A stretch of DNA of 64,000 nucleotides. Origin: Acetobacter sp. 46_36 (GTDB lineage Bacteria > Pseudomonadota > Alphaproteobacteria > RF32 > CAG-239). Shown here in pieces: positions 27,922 through 37,548 of this stretch. The DNA lies in the NCBI GenBank assembly GCA_001917135.1, contig MNTT01000008.1, positions 78,564 to 142,563 of the forward strand, in the 5' to 3' direction. The translations under genes were made by a program, and so were the position numbers. The notes below the pieces were generated by a model that saw nothing but the letters and a program-made list of their open reading frames with translations, ran no database searches and was not told the origin of the DNA. The number at the start of each line of letters is the position of its first letter. Position 1 is the first letter of the stretch.

Positions 27922-29178
27922 ATGAAAATGAAAAAAATAAACCCGCTGAAAAGGCTGGATTTGGCCTGTTTCCTCCGCTCGCAGCTTTATCTTGCTCCGG
28001 TGCTGCTGCTCTTTTACCAGCAAAACGGACTGACCATCGCCGACTTTGTCCTGTTTCAGGGAATTTTCCAGCTGACCGGAATCTTGTTTGAGATTCCCTG
28101 CGGTTACATCGCCGACGTCATTTCCAAAAAAAAGGTTCTCGTCCTCGCTTTCGTCTGTTTCTTTCTCCGCGCCGCCCTGTGGCTTAGTTTTTCCGGCATG
28201 TATATCATTCTGCTCGGCGAACTTTTCAACGCCTTGTCGCGGGCATTTCTTTCCGGCGTTTATGACAGTTATATTTATGATTACCTGAAAAGCGAAAACA
28301 AAACCAAACGGATGCTAAAAGAATGCGGACGCACCAATTTCGCCATGTCTTCCGGCGCCATGTTTGCCGCCGTCTTCAGCGCCGTCCTGTACGACCGCTA
28401 CGGCACTGTCGTTTTGCTGTCGCTGGAATTTGTCCTGACGCTGGTCAGCATTGTCCTGCTCACCACTCTGCCCAACCCGCCGTCTGCACGTCCGCATGCC
28501 CGCACGTTGAAAGAAAAATTTGTTGAAATCAAAGATACCACCGTCGCCACGATAAAAAATCCCAACATCAACGTCTACATCTTGTATTCGGCACTCCTGT
28601 TTTCTACAACCTCCTTATTTTGCTGGTGTTTCCAGCCGCTGTTAAAAATGTCCGCCGCGCCAGTTCTGATGTTTAGTTCCATTTATGTCATCAATCATGC
28701 ATTGCGCGCCGGCTTTTCCTTTCACGTCAACCGATTGAAAAAGTTTTTCGGATTTAACCGCCTGCTGGTCGTTACAACATTCCTCTGTATTTATTCTTTC
28801 GCCTGTATGATATTAAGTTTCCATTTCCGACAGCCGAATGTGGCATTCATCTGTCTGATATTCGTCTGCATCGGCATCGGATTCCAACTGGCATTTGCCA
28901 TTGCCAATATTAACCACATCCACAACTACGCTATGGAAGAAACGCGCGCCACCATCTCCTCGGTTAACAATATGCTGCAGCAAACCCTTTCCGGCATTTC
29001 TCTGATTTGCTTCAAGTTTGTCATCGAACCGGGCAGCGGCACCGCCGGGCTTAGTTTTGCTTCGGCATTCTCGGTGTTCGGAGCGTTTTACCTGAGTTTG
29101 TTTGTCCTGTTGCTCTACATCATTTTCAAACGCAGCGCAGAACATGATGCGGAACACACGCCAGGAACCGCCTGCTGA
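27922..29178 (+). CDS. MFS-family transporter
   Basis: About 12 TM helices. An MFS motif-A-like loop (GYIADVISKKKV) follows TM2. The track ORF starts at a TTG at 27901; the first ATG is at 27922. Confidence 0.7.
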   Translation: MKMKKINPLKRLDLACFLRSQLYLAPVLLLFYQQNGLTIADFVLFQGIFQLTGILFEIPCGYIADVISKKKVLVLAFVCFFLRAALWLSFSGMYIILLGELFNALSRAFLSGVYDSYIYDYLKSENKTKRMLKECGRTNFAMSSGAMFAAVFSAVLYDRYGTVVLLSLEFVLTLVSIVLLTTLPNPPSARPHARTLKEKFVEIKDTTVATIKNPNINVYILYSALLFSTTSLFCWCFQPLLKMSAAPVLMFSSIYVINHALRAGFSFHVNRLKKFFGFNRLLVVTTFLCIYSFACMILSFHFRQPNVAFICLIFVCIGIGFQLAFAIANINHIHNYAMEETRATISSVNNMLQQTLSGISLICFKFVIEPGSGTAGLSFASAFSVFGAFYLSLFVLLLYIIFKRSAEHDAEHTPGTAC

Positions 29179-29233
29179 TATGCATCTGCATACGCCCCGT
29201 TTCCACCTGACAACATTGCATTCTCCTCAGTAA

Positions 29234-29325
29234 CCTCGTTTCCGCCCAGCAGCATCACATCCCCTGGCTGCCTCGTTCCCGCCCGGCAGCATTGCCCCTC
29301 AATAGCCTCGTTCCCGCCCCGGTAG
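29234..29325. repeat. About 36-bp intergenic tandem repeat (about 2.5 units), C-rich on the + strand
   Basis: Units: cctcgtttccgcccagcagcatcacatcccctggctg / cctcgttcccgcccggcagcattgcccctcaatag / cctcgttcccgccccggtag. Confidence 0.7.
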
Positions 29326-29502
29326 TTTCTTTTCCTTCCCCCCGTTTCCGTATATGCCGTTTGCATACTTTTTCTGCATATCTTCACAGGCTGTTTGCCT
29401 GCTGCGGAATTTTATTTTCTTCTCACGCTCCTTAACTAAAAATAAAGTAATATGTGCTTATATTGACTTAAAATTATTACTCAAACATTTAAGGAATATC
29501 AT

Positions 29503-29940
29503 ATGTCTGCCTGGATTGTCTTTCTCATCATCGCCCTTGTCTGTTTCATTATCGAAATCTACACGCCGACAATGTTCTTTTTGAACTTTGCCGTTGCCGG
29601 AGCCGTATGCGCGGTATTGTCTCTGATTACGGACAACTACAACGTCCTCATCCCGATTTTTACCATACTCTCCATTCTTTTCATTTTGTTCCTGCGCCCG
29701 CTTTTGAACATCAATCCGAAGCATGACAAGGAACACAGTTTTGAATCCCAGTACATCGGCAAAATCGCCACCGCCATTACTGATATCAGCGCCTTCTCCG
29801 GTCGGCTGAAAATTTATGACGAAAATTGGGAAGCCAGAACTCTCGGCGAAGATGCTCCCGAAATAAAAAAAGGCGCTAAAGTAAAAATCGTCCGCCATGA
29901 CGACCTCACCATGTTTGTTGAAAAGAAAGGAAGAAAATAA
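29503..29940 (+). CDS. NfeD-family membrane protein (stomatin-operon partner)
   Basis: 145 aa with N-terminal TM helices and a C-terminal OB-fold-like domain (..GRLKIYDENWEART..KVKIVRHDDLTMFVEK). Translationally coupled (ATAATGG) to the downstream SPFH gene. Confidence 0.7.
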   Translation: MSAWIVFLIIALVCFIIEIYTPTMFFLNFAVAGAVCAVLSLITDNYNVLIPIFTILSILFILFLRPLLNINPKHDKEHSFESQYIGKIATAITDISAFSGRLKIYDENWEARTLGEDAPEIKKGAKVKIVRHDDLTMFVEKKGRK

Positions 29941-30920
29941 TGGAAACCGTACTCATTTTACTGATTCTTGCCGCCGTTTTCGTCGCAATCAAAGGCTGCA
30001 TCATCGTCGAACAGCAGGAAGTTGTCATTGTACAACGCCTCGGCAAATACAAGGAAACGCTCGGCGCCGGCTTAAATTTTATCGTGCCGTTTATCGATTC
30101 CCCCAAAGGGATTTACCGCAAGGTAAGCACAACCTACCCCGACGGCAGAACTTATTCTTATATGCAGAAGAGCAGCCGGCTTGATTTGCGCGAAACCGTT
30201 TACGACTTTCCGCGCCAGAACGTTATCACCAAAGACAACGTTTCCATTTCCATTAACGCCGTGCTTTATTTCCAGATTATCAATCCCGAAAAAGCCGTTT
30301 ACGGCGTCGAAAATCTTTCCGAAGCCATTGAAAAGCTGACCCAGACCACGCTCCGCCAGTTGATTGGCAAACTGGAGCTTCAGGAAACCCTCGTTTCCCG
30401 CGATAAAATCAATGAAGAACTCCGCGCCATTCTTGACACTGCCTCCGACAAATGGGGCGTAAAAGTCAACCGCATTGAATTGCAGGACATCACGCCGCCG
30501 GCCGACATTCAGGCAGCCATGGACAAGCAGATGAAAGCCGAACGCGAAAAACGCGCCATGATTTACGAAGCCGAAGGCGAAAAAGAATCTTCCATCCGCA
30601 TCGCCGAAGGACAGAAAGAAGCCGCCATCCGTAAAGCCGAGGGCGAAAAGGAATCTTCCATTCTCCGTGCCGAAGGTATCGCGCAGGCGCGCATGGTCGA
30701 GGCCGAAGCGGAAAAAGAAGCCATCAAGCGTATTATTGAGGCTCTGTCATCCAAAGGACAGGCAGACAAATACCTCATTGCCATGAAATACCTTGAAACG
30801 ATGAAAGAAATGACTTCCGGACAGGACAACAAAATTGTCTATATGCCCTACGAAGCCAGCGCGGTTTTAAGCTCCGTCGACGGTATCCGTGAAATGCTAT
30901 CAGCCAAAAAGGGAGCCTGA
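29940..30920 (+). CDS. SPFH/Band-7 (stomatin/prohibitin-like) protein
   Basis: 326 aa with an N-terminal TM helix and a band-7 core (VIVQRLGKY..., ..TKDNVSISINAVLYFQIINPEKAVYGVEN..). A coiled-coil repeat EGEKESSIRIAEGQKEAAIRKAEGEKESSILRAEG follows. Confidence 0.85.
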   Translation: METVLILLILAAVFVAIKGCIIVEQQEVVIVQRLGKYKETLGAGLNFIVPFIDSPKGIYRKVSTTYPDGRTYSYMQKSSRLDLRETVYDFPRQNVITKDNVSISINAVLYFQIINPEKAVYGVENLSEAIEKLTQTTLRQLIGKLELQETLVSRDKINEELRAILDTASDKWGVKVNRIELQDITPPADIQAAMDKQMKAEREKRAMIYEAEGEKESSIRIAEGQKEAAIRKAEGEKESSILRAEGIAQARMVEAEAEKEAIKRIIEALSSKGQADKYLIAMKYLETMKEMTSGQDNKIVYMPYEASAVLSSVDGIREMLSAKKGA

Positions 30921-30969
30921 AATGGAAAACCCTGCCCCTCGCAGAGTTCCTGTTTTTCTGTTGCCCATG

Positions 30970-31108
30970 CTTCTTTCACAAACCGCCCCGTCGTACTTTC
31001 CCGCTGCGGGCTGCCTCTGACATAAACAGTCACCGTTTCGCTTCCCCGCAGCCGGACAGTTTCTTTCACAAACCGTATCCGTCGCGCTTCCCCGCTGCCG
31101 GTTCGGCC
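30970..31108. repeat. Intergenic direct repeats (about 45-bp unit x2, plus a partial third copy of the gcttccccgc(a/t)gccgg core)
   Basis: First copy: cttctttcacaaaccgccccgtcgtactttcccgctgcgggctgcc. Second copy: tttctttcacaaaccgtatccgtcgcgcttccccgctgccggttcggcc. A partial copy (cgcttccccgcagccggac) lies between them. Confidence 0.65.
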
Positions 31109-31161
31109 CTTTTTATAAACTGCCGCCACAACCCGGCACACTGTTTTAAGGATAATGCAAA

Positions 31162-31527
31162 ATGTTTATACTGCTCACGCTCGGTATCTTTATTCTGAAA
31201 TTTCTGGCCCTCGGCGTTGTCGGATTGTTTTTTGCCGAAGACTTGGAACTGACGCGTTCTGTCGGCGGCGGCATTTATTCCGCATACTTTGCTCTGGGGG
31301 TCTGCGCTTTTTTTGCACTGTTTTTCTTTGTTCTCGGCAAACGGCTGTTTTGGCTCATCCTGTTCTGCCTGTTTGGCCTTTCGTATCTCGGAATGTACAA
31401 CAAAGCGCCCGGCATTGGCGAGATTCACGATAAAAACGATTTAAAAAGCCGATATTTTAAGGACACGGATACATTCTTTGCCCGCATGGGTGATGTTATT
31501 GCCATCATCAACAAAGACAAACGCTAA
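31162..31527 (+). CDS. Small membrane protein (121 aa)
   Basis: Three predicted TM helices. An RBS-like AAGGA lies upstream. Confidence 0.4.
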   Translation: MFILLTLGIFILKFLALGVVGLFFAEDLELTRSVGGGIYSAYFALGVCAFFALFFFVLGKRLFWLILFCLFGLSYLGMYNKAPGIGEIHDKNDLKSRYFKDTDTFFARMGDVIAIINKDKR

Positions 31528-31705
31528 ATCAAAATCCCCCGCCTCTCCTGCAACGCACAAATGCATCGCTATTATTTCTATGCCGCCGCATAAAGCTGCG
31601 CCGCCGCTACACACAGATATCTCCGTACCGCCCGGCTCCAGCCCCCCTGCCTTTCCTATCACAGTTCAGCCTTTAAACTGCCCGCAGTCCTGCCGCGGCA
31701 GGCTG

Positions 31706-32237
31706 TCAGTGTTCGCCTCCGAACTTTGCCTCATAAGCGTCGCTGGCTTCTTCAATCAACTTTTTCGCCTCGTCCGGCCCCAAAAACTTTTCAATCGTAA
31801 CCTGCTTCTTTTCCAACACCTTATAGTCTTCAAAAAAACGCTGCAGCATTTTCAAAATGTGCGGCGGCAATTGCGCAATGTCGGTAAAAACATTATACTC
31901 GGGATCATCTTCGTGAATGGCAATAATCTTGTCGTCTGCCTCGCCGCAGTCTATCATTTTCATAACGCCGATAGGCCTGGCCCGCATAATCGACAGCGGT
32001 ACAATCGGCTCCTGCCCAAGAACAAGAATGTCCAGCGGGTCATTGTCTTCACAGTACGTTTGCGGAATAAAGCCGTAGTTGGCCGGATAATGCACTGAAG
32101 AATACAAAATGCGGTCAACCTTAACCAAGCCGCTTTCCTTGTCCAGTTCGTATTTGACCTGCGACCCTTTCGGAACTTCAATGATTGCGGGAATAATGTC
32201 CGGAAATTGTGAATAATGTTTTACCTGATGCCAAGGA
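31706..32237 (-). CDS. ppa: Inorganic pyrophosphatase (family I); proposed GTG start
   Basis: ..[82 protein letters not shown] matches soluble PPase, including the plant-like HPWHD N-terminus. The track ORF extends to an ATG at 32386 (226 aa). A GTG at 32235-32237 with a GGGGAAAG RBS gives a typical 177 aa. Confidence 0.85.
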
Positions 32238-32423
32238 TGCACGTTCTTTCCCCTTATAAACCGCCCCGGCTGAGCCGTCCCTGAAAATTCCGGTACTGCA
32301 CTCCTGCCGGGAAAATGCCAAAAACTTTTTCCGTCGCGCAGAATAAAAAACGCCCCCGTTTTTGTCAAGCAAAAGTTTTTTGCCAAACGACCGTCTCCCT
32401 CTCGCAGAAGCTGTCGGCATTCC

Positions 32424-32574
32424 TCCCCAAAACTGTTAATCCATCTGCAAAACTGGTTGTTTCACCTGCAAAACTATTTGCCCCGGCCTTAAAACTATTT
32501 GCCTCGCCGGCAAAAACTATTTGCTTTATCCGCAAAAAACTATTTGCCTTATCTGTAAAATTATGTTAGATTCG
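32424..32574 (+). promoter_or_regulatory. Array of about seven 22-bp direct repeats (core AAAACTATTTGCC), iteron- or operator-like
   Basis: Copies: ccccaaaactgttaatcc / ctgcaaaactggttgtttcac / ctgcaaaactatttgccccggc / cttaaaactatttgcctcgccgg / caaaaactatttgctttatccg / caaaaaactatttgccttatctg / taaaattatgttagattcg. The array sits between divergent ppa and the 506-aa orphan gene, ending at the latter's putative -35/-10 region. Confidence 0.6.
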
Positions 32575-32610
32575 TTTTGATAGAATAAAAAAAATTCGGA
32601 GAACGCAAAA

Positions 32611-34131
32611 ATGAAAACATACACCCCGGATCAGTTGGTAATTTTAGATTCCGGACAAATTGACCAGGTACAAAAATCAATTGACGGCGACGCGCTGGCC
32701 TTTCTTGACGACAAAAAGGAAGAACTGGATTTTTTAAATCCCGAAGAACAGGCACACCTGAAAGAATATTATACCGACACGATGGAAAAATACCGCCTGC
32801 TGTACGAAGCCGTCGTCTCCGGCTTTGCCACGCCGAACAGTACCGGGTTCCCCGAATACATTTACAACATCAACCTAAAAGACGGCAGCATCGAGACTGA
32901 CCGTAACGGCCGTCACATCAGCTATTCGACAGAAATCCTTGCCCCCTGCACCACGGCAATGCTGCATTACATCAACAGCGAATGTAACAACGTTTACGTC
33001 ATCATCCCGCCGATAAAAGGCGTCGAAAGGACAACCGAAAAACTCATCTCCGAATGTATCCGCGAATACAAAACCGAGCGTGCCCAAAATCTCGAAAAAT
33101 TCGCCGAACCGCCTTTCGAAGAGGAACCCGAACTTCCGTTTCCTCTTAAAACGGAAACGGCTCCGCGCTGCCCTACCGCAGCAGCCCTAGAAGATATGCG
33201 CGGAGCAGCCAAAACGCAGCAGTCACTGCTGAACATTGCCAAAAAGGAAATCCTTCCCAAAGACATTTATCGCCTGTCCATCACTTCCAAATATCAGGGA
33301 GATTTGGAAGAGCTGATAAAAGAGCTTGAAGCCAAATTCCCGCCCTATATCAAATTTGAAAAAGGCGAGCGCAACCTGTATAAAAAGAACCTGAGCGAAA
33401 ATACCCGCAACTATTTTGACATCAAAAAAACTGCCCGCATCACGATACCAAACAGCAACCGGACATTCTACATCGAATTCCAGTTCAAACAGACCAATAT
33501 GTTTTTCGCCCATATCCGTTCCCACAGCGCGTATGAAGAATACCGCATTTTGGAAGCCAAATACCTGGCATTGAAAGAAGCCGAACAAAAACGCAAAACA
33601 CCGCATCCTGCCAACAGGCAAAAGCTCCAGCAGCTGAAAAAGCAATGCGAGGAAAAAAAGGAACTGTGCCTGAAAATCCACCGCAATGCCGTCCACCAGA
33701 GCAACCTGTACCTGATGCACAAGCTGCTCTGGCTTGATGACAATGCCCGCGGTCTTCACCGCCAGCCGGACTTCCCCGACGGCAAATACAAACATTCGGT
33801 AGACACCCTAAAAAATAACTATATTATCGAAAGCTATGAGCCGTTTGACGGCGCCACCGCGTTCACGACTTCACCCGATGAATACCTGAACAAATCCTAC
33901 TATCTGAAAATGGTCGGCATCCTGCCGGAAAGCTTTGACGAGCTGGGCAAAAACGCCAAAGAACACGTCAACAAAGCCTGGAACAACCTGACCCCGGCCG
34001 ATATCAAAGACTTTTCGCGCATTACCAGCATGGCCGTCAAATATCAGGACGTGGTTCGCGGCATTCAAAAGCAGCGCCGGATGTTGGATTCCGCCGCTCT
34101 GCTAAACGTATTTGCCCAAAACGAACGCTGA
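32611..34131 (+). CDS. Hypothetical protein (506 aa), no recognisable domain
   Basis: Long ORF with an RBS (GGAGAA). The composition is hydrophilic with no TM or signal peptide. Confidence 0.5.
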   Translation: MKTYTPDQLVILDSGQIDQVQKSIDGDALAFLDDKKEELDFLNPEEQAHLKEYYTDTMEKYRLLYEAVVSGFATPNSTGFPEYIYNINLKDGSIETDRNGRHISYSTEILAPCTTAMLHYINSECNNVYVIIPPIKGVERTTEKLISECIREYKTERAQNLEKFAEPPFEEEPELPFPLKTETAPRCPTAAALEDMRGAAKTQQSLLNIAKKEILPKDIYRLSITSKYQGDLEELIKELEAKFPPYIKFEKGERNLYKKNLSENTRNYFDIKKTARITIPNSNRTFYIEFQFKQTNMFFAHIRSHSAYEEYRILEAKYLALKEAEQKRKTPHPANRQKLQQLKKQCEEKKELCLKIHRNAVHQSNLYLMHKLLWLDDNARGLHRQPDFPDGKYKHSVDTLKNNYIIESYEPFDGATAFTTSPDEYLNKSYYLKMVGILPESFDELGKNAKEHVNKAWNNLTPADIKDFSRITSMAVKYQDVVRGIQKQRRMLDSAALLNVFAQNER

Positions 34132-34389
34132 TTACAACCGCCGGTTACACTTTGCACCGCCTCCCGCGGTGCATTTTTTTGCAATTTTCCCGGACGAAAG
34201 GTTTAGCAATTTTCCCAAACGAAAAATTCGGTTTCCGGCTTTCCGCTTATTCTCCCGTAACCGGAAACTTTAACATTCCGCTCAACATTTTTGCAGGCAA
34301 CTGCCGATATTTTTATTGACTGCCGTAAAAAGCAGATGTATTATATTTTCTGTATTTAATATTTTTATGAACCACTAAATTTATGTAGT

Positions 34390-34845
34390 ATGGAAAAAAA
34401 CATTTCCGCAGAACTTCCGGGACAGTTCCCGTTCGACATCTTAATCCGAAGCAAAGAAGGAAAGTTCGCCAGAACCAAAGCCCTCAACGACCGCAATTTA
34501 AAACTTGGCATCTGTATTCAGAACCGGGCTTGGCTGCTGGTAAGGCTTCCTACTGACCAATCCGCACCTGAAAAATTCTTACAAACCCTGAAAGATATAA
34601 CAGGGTTGCCGCTGCTTTATCCGGAGCACGAAGATTTTCAGCACCTGCGCGAAGCCTATCCTAAAGCACAAAACGTCTTTGATTTGCTAATTCAGGCTGA
34701 AAATTTAAACGCCGGCCGCCGCAGCAGCCAAAGTATGGCACGTTTTTCCGATGATGAAGAAGAGATACAAAATGCTTATTTTCAAAAACCGCAGAAAATC
34801 AGCTGCTATATCCGTTTTGTCGTAGATCTCGACCTGCTGTTCTGA
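34390..34845 (+). CDS. Hypothetical protein (151 aa)
   Basis: ORF only; no motif recognised. Confidence 0.35.
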   Translation: MEKNISAELPGQFPFDILIRSKEGKFARTKALNDRNLKLGICIQNRAWLLVRLPTDQSAPEKFLQTLKDITGLPLLYPEHEDFQHLREAYPKAQNVFDLLIQAENLNAGRRSSQSMARFSDDEEEIQNAYFQKPQKISCYIRFVVDLDLLF

Positions 34846-34925
34846 TGACAAATGCCGTTTCCCTTTCCGGAAACGGCATTTGCCTGTTTTTCTGGCAATC
34901 TGATTTTTCCCAAGCCCGTTTGCCC

Positions 34926-35609
34926 CTAGCCCGCTGCCCGTATCGCCGCTTCCTTTTCAAAAAACTCTTTCACTTCCGCCATATCGTAAAAAATATGCGT
35001 AATTCCCAATGCCTCGACAGCCTGCCGCTGCGCAGGGTTGTTCCGGTACATTTCCGATCCCATAAAGCAAACCGGTGTCATTCCAGCCCGTTGTGCCGCT
35101 GTCAACCCGGCCACGGAATCTTCAATAACATAACAGTCTTCCGGACGCATATTCATTTTTTGTGCCGCCAGCAAAAAAGAATCCGGCTCAGGTTTTCCTC
35201 TGGCCACCATATCAACCGTTACCAGATTATCCCGCGTAAAGACGTCCTGCAACCCTACGGCCTTCAGTTTAAGCAGGGTTTCCTCCAACGCGCCGCCGGT
35301 AGCCATTGCATGGCAATATCCCGGAAGCTCCAATACCTTATCCATCCCCGGTGTCCGATTAAATCCGTCAAGAATACGCTGCCAGGAACGCCGGCCGATT
35401 TCTTCCCACATTTCTGCCGGCGGATAAATTCCCAGCTCAGCCAAAACTTTTTGCTGCATCGACAGCCCCTGTCCGCTCAGATATTTGTTGATTGTGGCAA
35501 AATCCCAGGCCAAACCGCAATATTTGTTTAATTCTTCCAGCTCTATTGCCAGCCAGTACTTCTCCGTATCAGCCGTCACTCCGTCAAAATCCCAGATAAT
35601 CAGTTTCAT
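34926..35609 (-). CDS. HAD-superfamily hydrolase, subfamily IA (beta-phosphoglucomutase/phosphatase-like)
   Basis: Motif I is DxDG (MKLIIWDFDGVTADTE). A motif III Lys and a motif IV (DSVAGLTAAQRAGM) are present. Start chosen at the Met with a strong RBS (AAGGAAGGAGC); the track ORF is 42 codons longer. Confidence 0.8.
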   Translation of the reverse strand: MKLIIWDFDGVTADTEKYWLAIELEELNKYCGLAWDFATINKYLSGQGLSMQQKVLAELGIYPPAEMWEEIGRRSWQRILDGFNRTPGMDKVLELPGYCHAMATGGALEETLLKLKAVGLQDVFTRDNLVTVDMVARGKPEPDSFLLAAQKMNMRPEDCYVIEDSVAGLTAAQRAGMTPVCFMGSEMYRNNPAQRQAVEALGITHIFYDMAEVKEFFEKEAAIRAAG

Positions 35610-35798
35610 TTTTCGCTGCTCCTTCCTTAATACGCACTGCGTGCTTTTTAATGCCGCAATCCTTAAAATTCCCTGAAAACGCCCGCCCCCAAAGGCAAGA
35701 AGCGTTTTATCCCTTTTTTCTCTTGCCAACAGCACTTTTTTATGATTAAATAAATAACGTGTTAATTAATATTATGTCAAACTTAATTTTTATTTCTC

Positions 35799-36176
35799 AT
35801 GTCTAAGAACAAGACCAGAAAGTCCCTCGCTCAAATCAAAATGGTGCAGCAGGGGTATTTGACAATGTACGGCTGCAAAGACAAATTATGCCTTGATGCC
35901 GAAGTTACGCTTGTTACCTCCCGCCATCCCAAAATGCTGGCGGCTTACACCCACAAGCTGCATCCGCTGGCTGAAAAGAAGATGGTTGAAACGGGACAAC
36001 ACCAGATGCTTAAAGAGTATCGGTTTGAACTGGAAGAAGAAAACCAGATTCTACTGGTATTAAGCGAGCGCCCGAAACTGCTTGCTGCATATCGGCATAA
36101 GCTCTGCCCCAAAGCCGAGAAGTTATTGCGAAAAATGCATAACCCCCGCTTGAATCGGGTTTACGGATACTTTTAA
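35799..36176 (+). CDS. Hypothetical protein with an internal duplication (125 aa)
   Basis: Two similar about 25-aa segments (SRHPKMLAAYTHKLHPLAEKKM / SERPKLLAAYRHKLCPKAEKLL). No known family recognised. Confidence 0.4.
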   Translation: MSKNKTRKSLAQIKMVQQGYLTMYGCKDKLCLDAEVTLVTSRHPKMLAAYTHKLHPLAEKKMVETGQHQMLKEYRFELEEENQILLVLSERPKLLAAYRHKLCPKAEKLLRKMHNPRLNRVYGYF

Positions 36177-36226
36177 TCCGAATACTTTCAATCCGGGAAT
36201 TTCTCTCTGTACTTGACTTTAAAAAA

Positions 36227-36250
36227 GGGCTTCGTATGAAGCCCTTTTTA
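36227..36250. terminator. Bidirectional rho-independent terminator
   Basis: Reads aaaaaa-GGGCTTC-gtat-GAAGCCC-tttttatt, between convergent genes. Confidence 0.8.
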
Positions 36251-36273
36251 TTACCGAAACCGTTCTAAAAAAA

Positions 36274-36876
36274 CTACTTTCCGGTTTTTTGTGCAAACTC
36301 CCCGGCTGCTTTTTCGCCAAATCCCCACTTTTTCGCATAAGCGGGAGCCAAATGGCAAAATGTACCCGACAACAGCATAAGCTCTGCCGCCTCGTGCAAA
36401 TCATCATGCTCCAAATAATCCGCAACCATTGCGGCATCTTCCATCGCCATCATTTTGACTTCCGATGCCTCAAACAGAGGATACAAACGCACATACAGTC
36501 TGGCTGCTTCCGCCAGTTCGGGCACAAACAACAATCCTTCCGCATCAGCCCCAAAATCATGCCGCTGAACATACGCAAGAACAAGTTCCTGCCGTGCATC
36601 CGTCAACATCTGCTTTTGCGCTTCGACAGACAGAGGCCACTCCGTAAAGTACCCGACAGCCTCGCTGGTATCTTTCTGCCGCAGAAGAAAAATTTCCCCT
36701 TCCGGAGATAAAGCATACCGCTGCAGATAAGTGTTTTTCAACTCCCGGTCGGCCAGTTCCAAAAACTTTACCTCGCTGGCCGGTTCCAAACGGAAAAGCC
36801 TGAGGTAATCCCTTAATTCGTCGGATGCAGGCATAGACATTAACGCCACTTCACCCAGAACATCAAGTTTCTTCAT
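36274..36876 (-). CDS. Hypothetical protein (200 aa)
   Basis: ORF; acidic and helical, with no motif recognised. Confidence 0.4.
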   Translation of the reverse strand: MKKLDVLGEVALMSMPASDELRDYLRLFRLEPASEVKFLELADRELKNTYLQRYALSPEGEIFLLRQKDTSEAVGYFTEWPLSVEAQKQMLTDARQELVLAYVQRHDFGADAEGLLFVPELAEAARLYVRLYPLFEASEVKMMAMEDAAMVADYLEHDDLHEAAELMLLSGTFCHLAPAYAKKWGFGEKAAGEFAQKTGK

Positions 36877-37128
36877 AATTGTAGAATTAACATATAAGTA
36901 AATATAATAATTTTGTAATTGGCTCTAAAATAACATACCATTTTATATTGTCAAAAAAGAACTGTTTTTCTCCACTAAAACAACAGCTCCCAATTCCGCC
37001 GTAATGCCTGGCATTCAGGCTGCATTCGCATACGTCCGCCAGGCTAAAGCGCACAAATCGCTTTCCGATATGTTTCAGATAAACCGCTTTCTGTTCAAAA
37101 AACAGTTATAAGCACCTGTAAATTTGTT

Positions 37129-37548
37129 TTAAAAAGAGCTCTCGCGCCCATTCCACGTTTTGCCGTTGACCAGCAGGTTCAAAACCTGCGGCGGCCGGCC
37201 GGGACGATAGGAAAAGACCATCTCCGCAACATTGTTGCTGTTTTGAATATCTTGCTCCAACGGCTTGGCCAAATGCTCCGGCACATAAAAACGCCCCCGG
37301 TTTTTCCCGTAGCTTCCAAATTCGTCTTTCGGGCATATGCCCTGCGCAAACTGAGCACAGTCCGTCGCCTCCCAGTCCAGCACATAGCTGATATACTGCC
37401 CGGCCAGCAAGTCCCGCGGGTCATATCCGCGCAGCTTGATTTTTACCGGCATTCCGGCCGAAATCTGCCATAGAAGGTACCCTGCCCATACCGCAAGCAA
37501 AACCGCCGGCATCATAGTCAAAACCAGATTTTTTACCTTTTCACGCAT
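37129..37548 (-). CDS. GDYXXLXY-domain protein
   Basis: N-terminal TM helix, then ...KIKLRGYDPRDLLAGQYISYVLDW..., which matches the signature region of the GDYXXLXY family (DPRDLLRGDYVxLxY). Overlaps the upstream DUF2157-like gene by 8 nt. Confidence 0.6.
   Translation of the reverse strand: MREKVKNLVLTMMPAVLLAVWAGYLLWQISAGMPVKIKLRGYDPRDLLAGQYISYVLDWEATDCAQFAQGICPKDEFGSYGKNRGRFYVPEHLAKPLEQDIQNSNNVAEMVFSYRPGRPPQVLNLLVNGKTWNGRESSF

Noticed and set aside
32424-32574. Possible CRISPR array, because of the regularly spaced short repeats
   Set aside because: Units are only about 22 bp and are contiguous, with no unique spacers. No cas genes are present.
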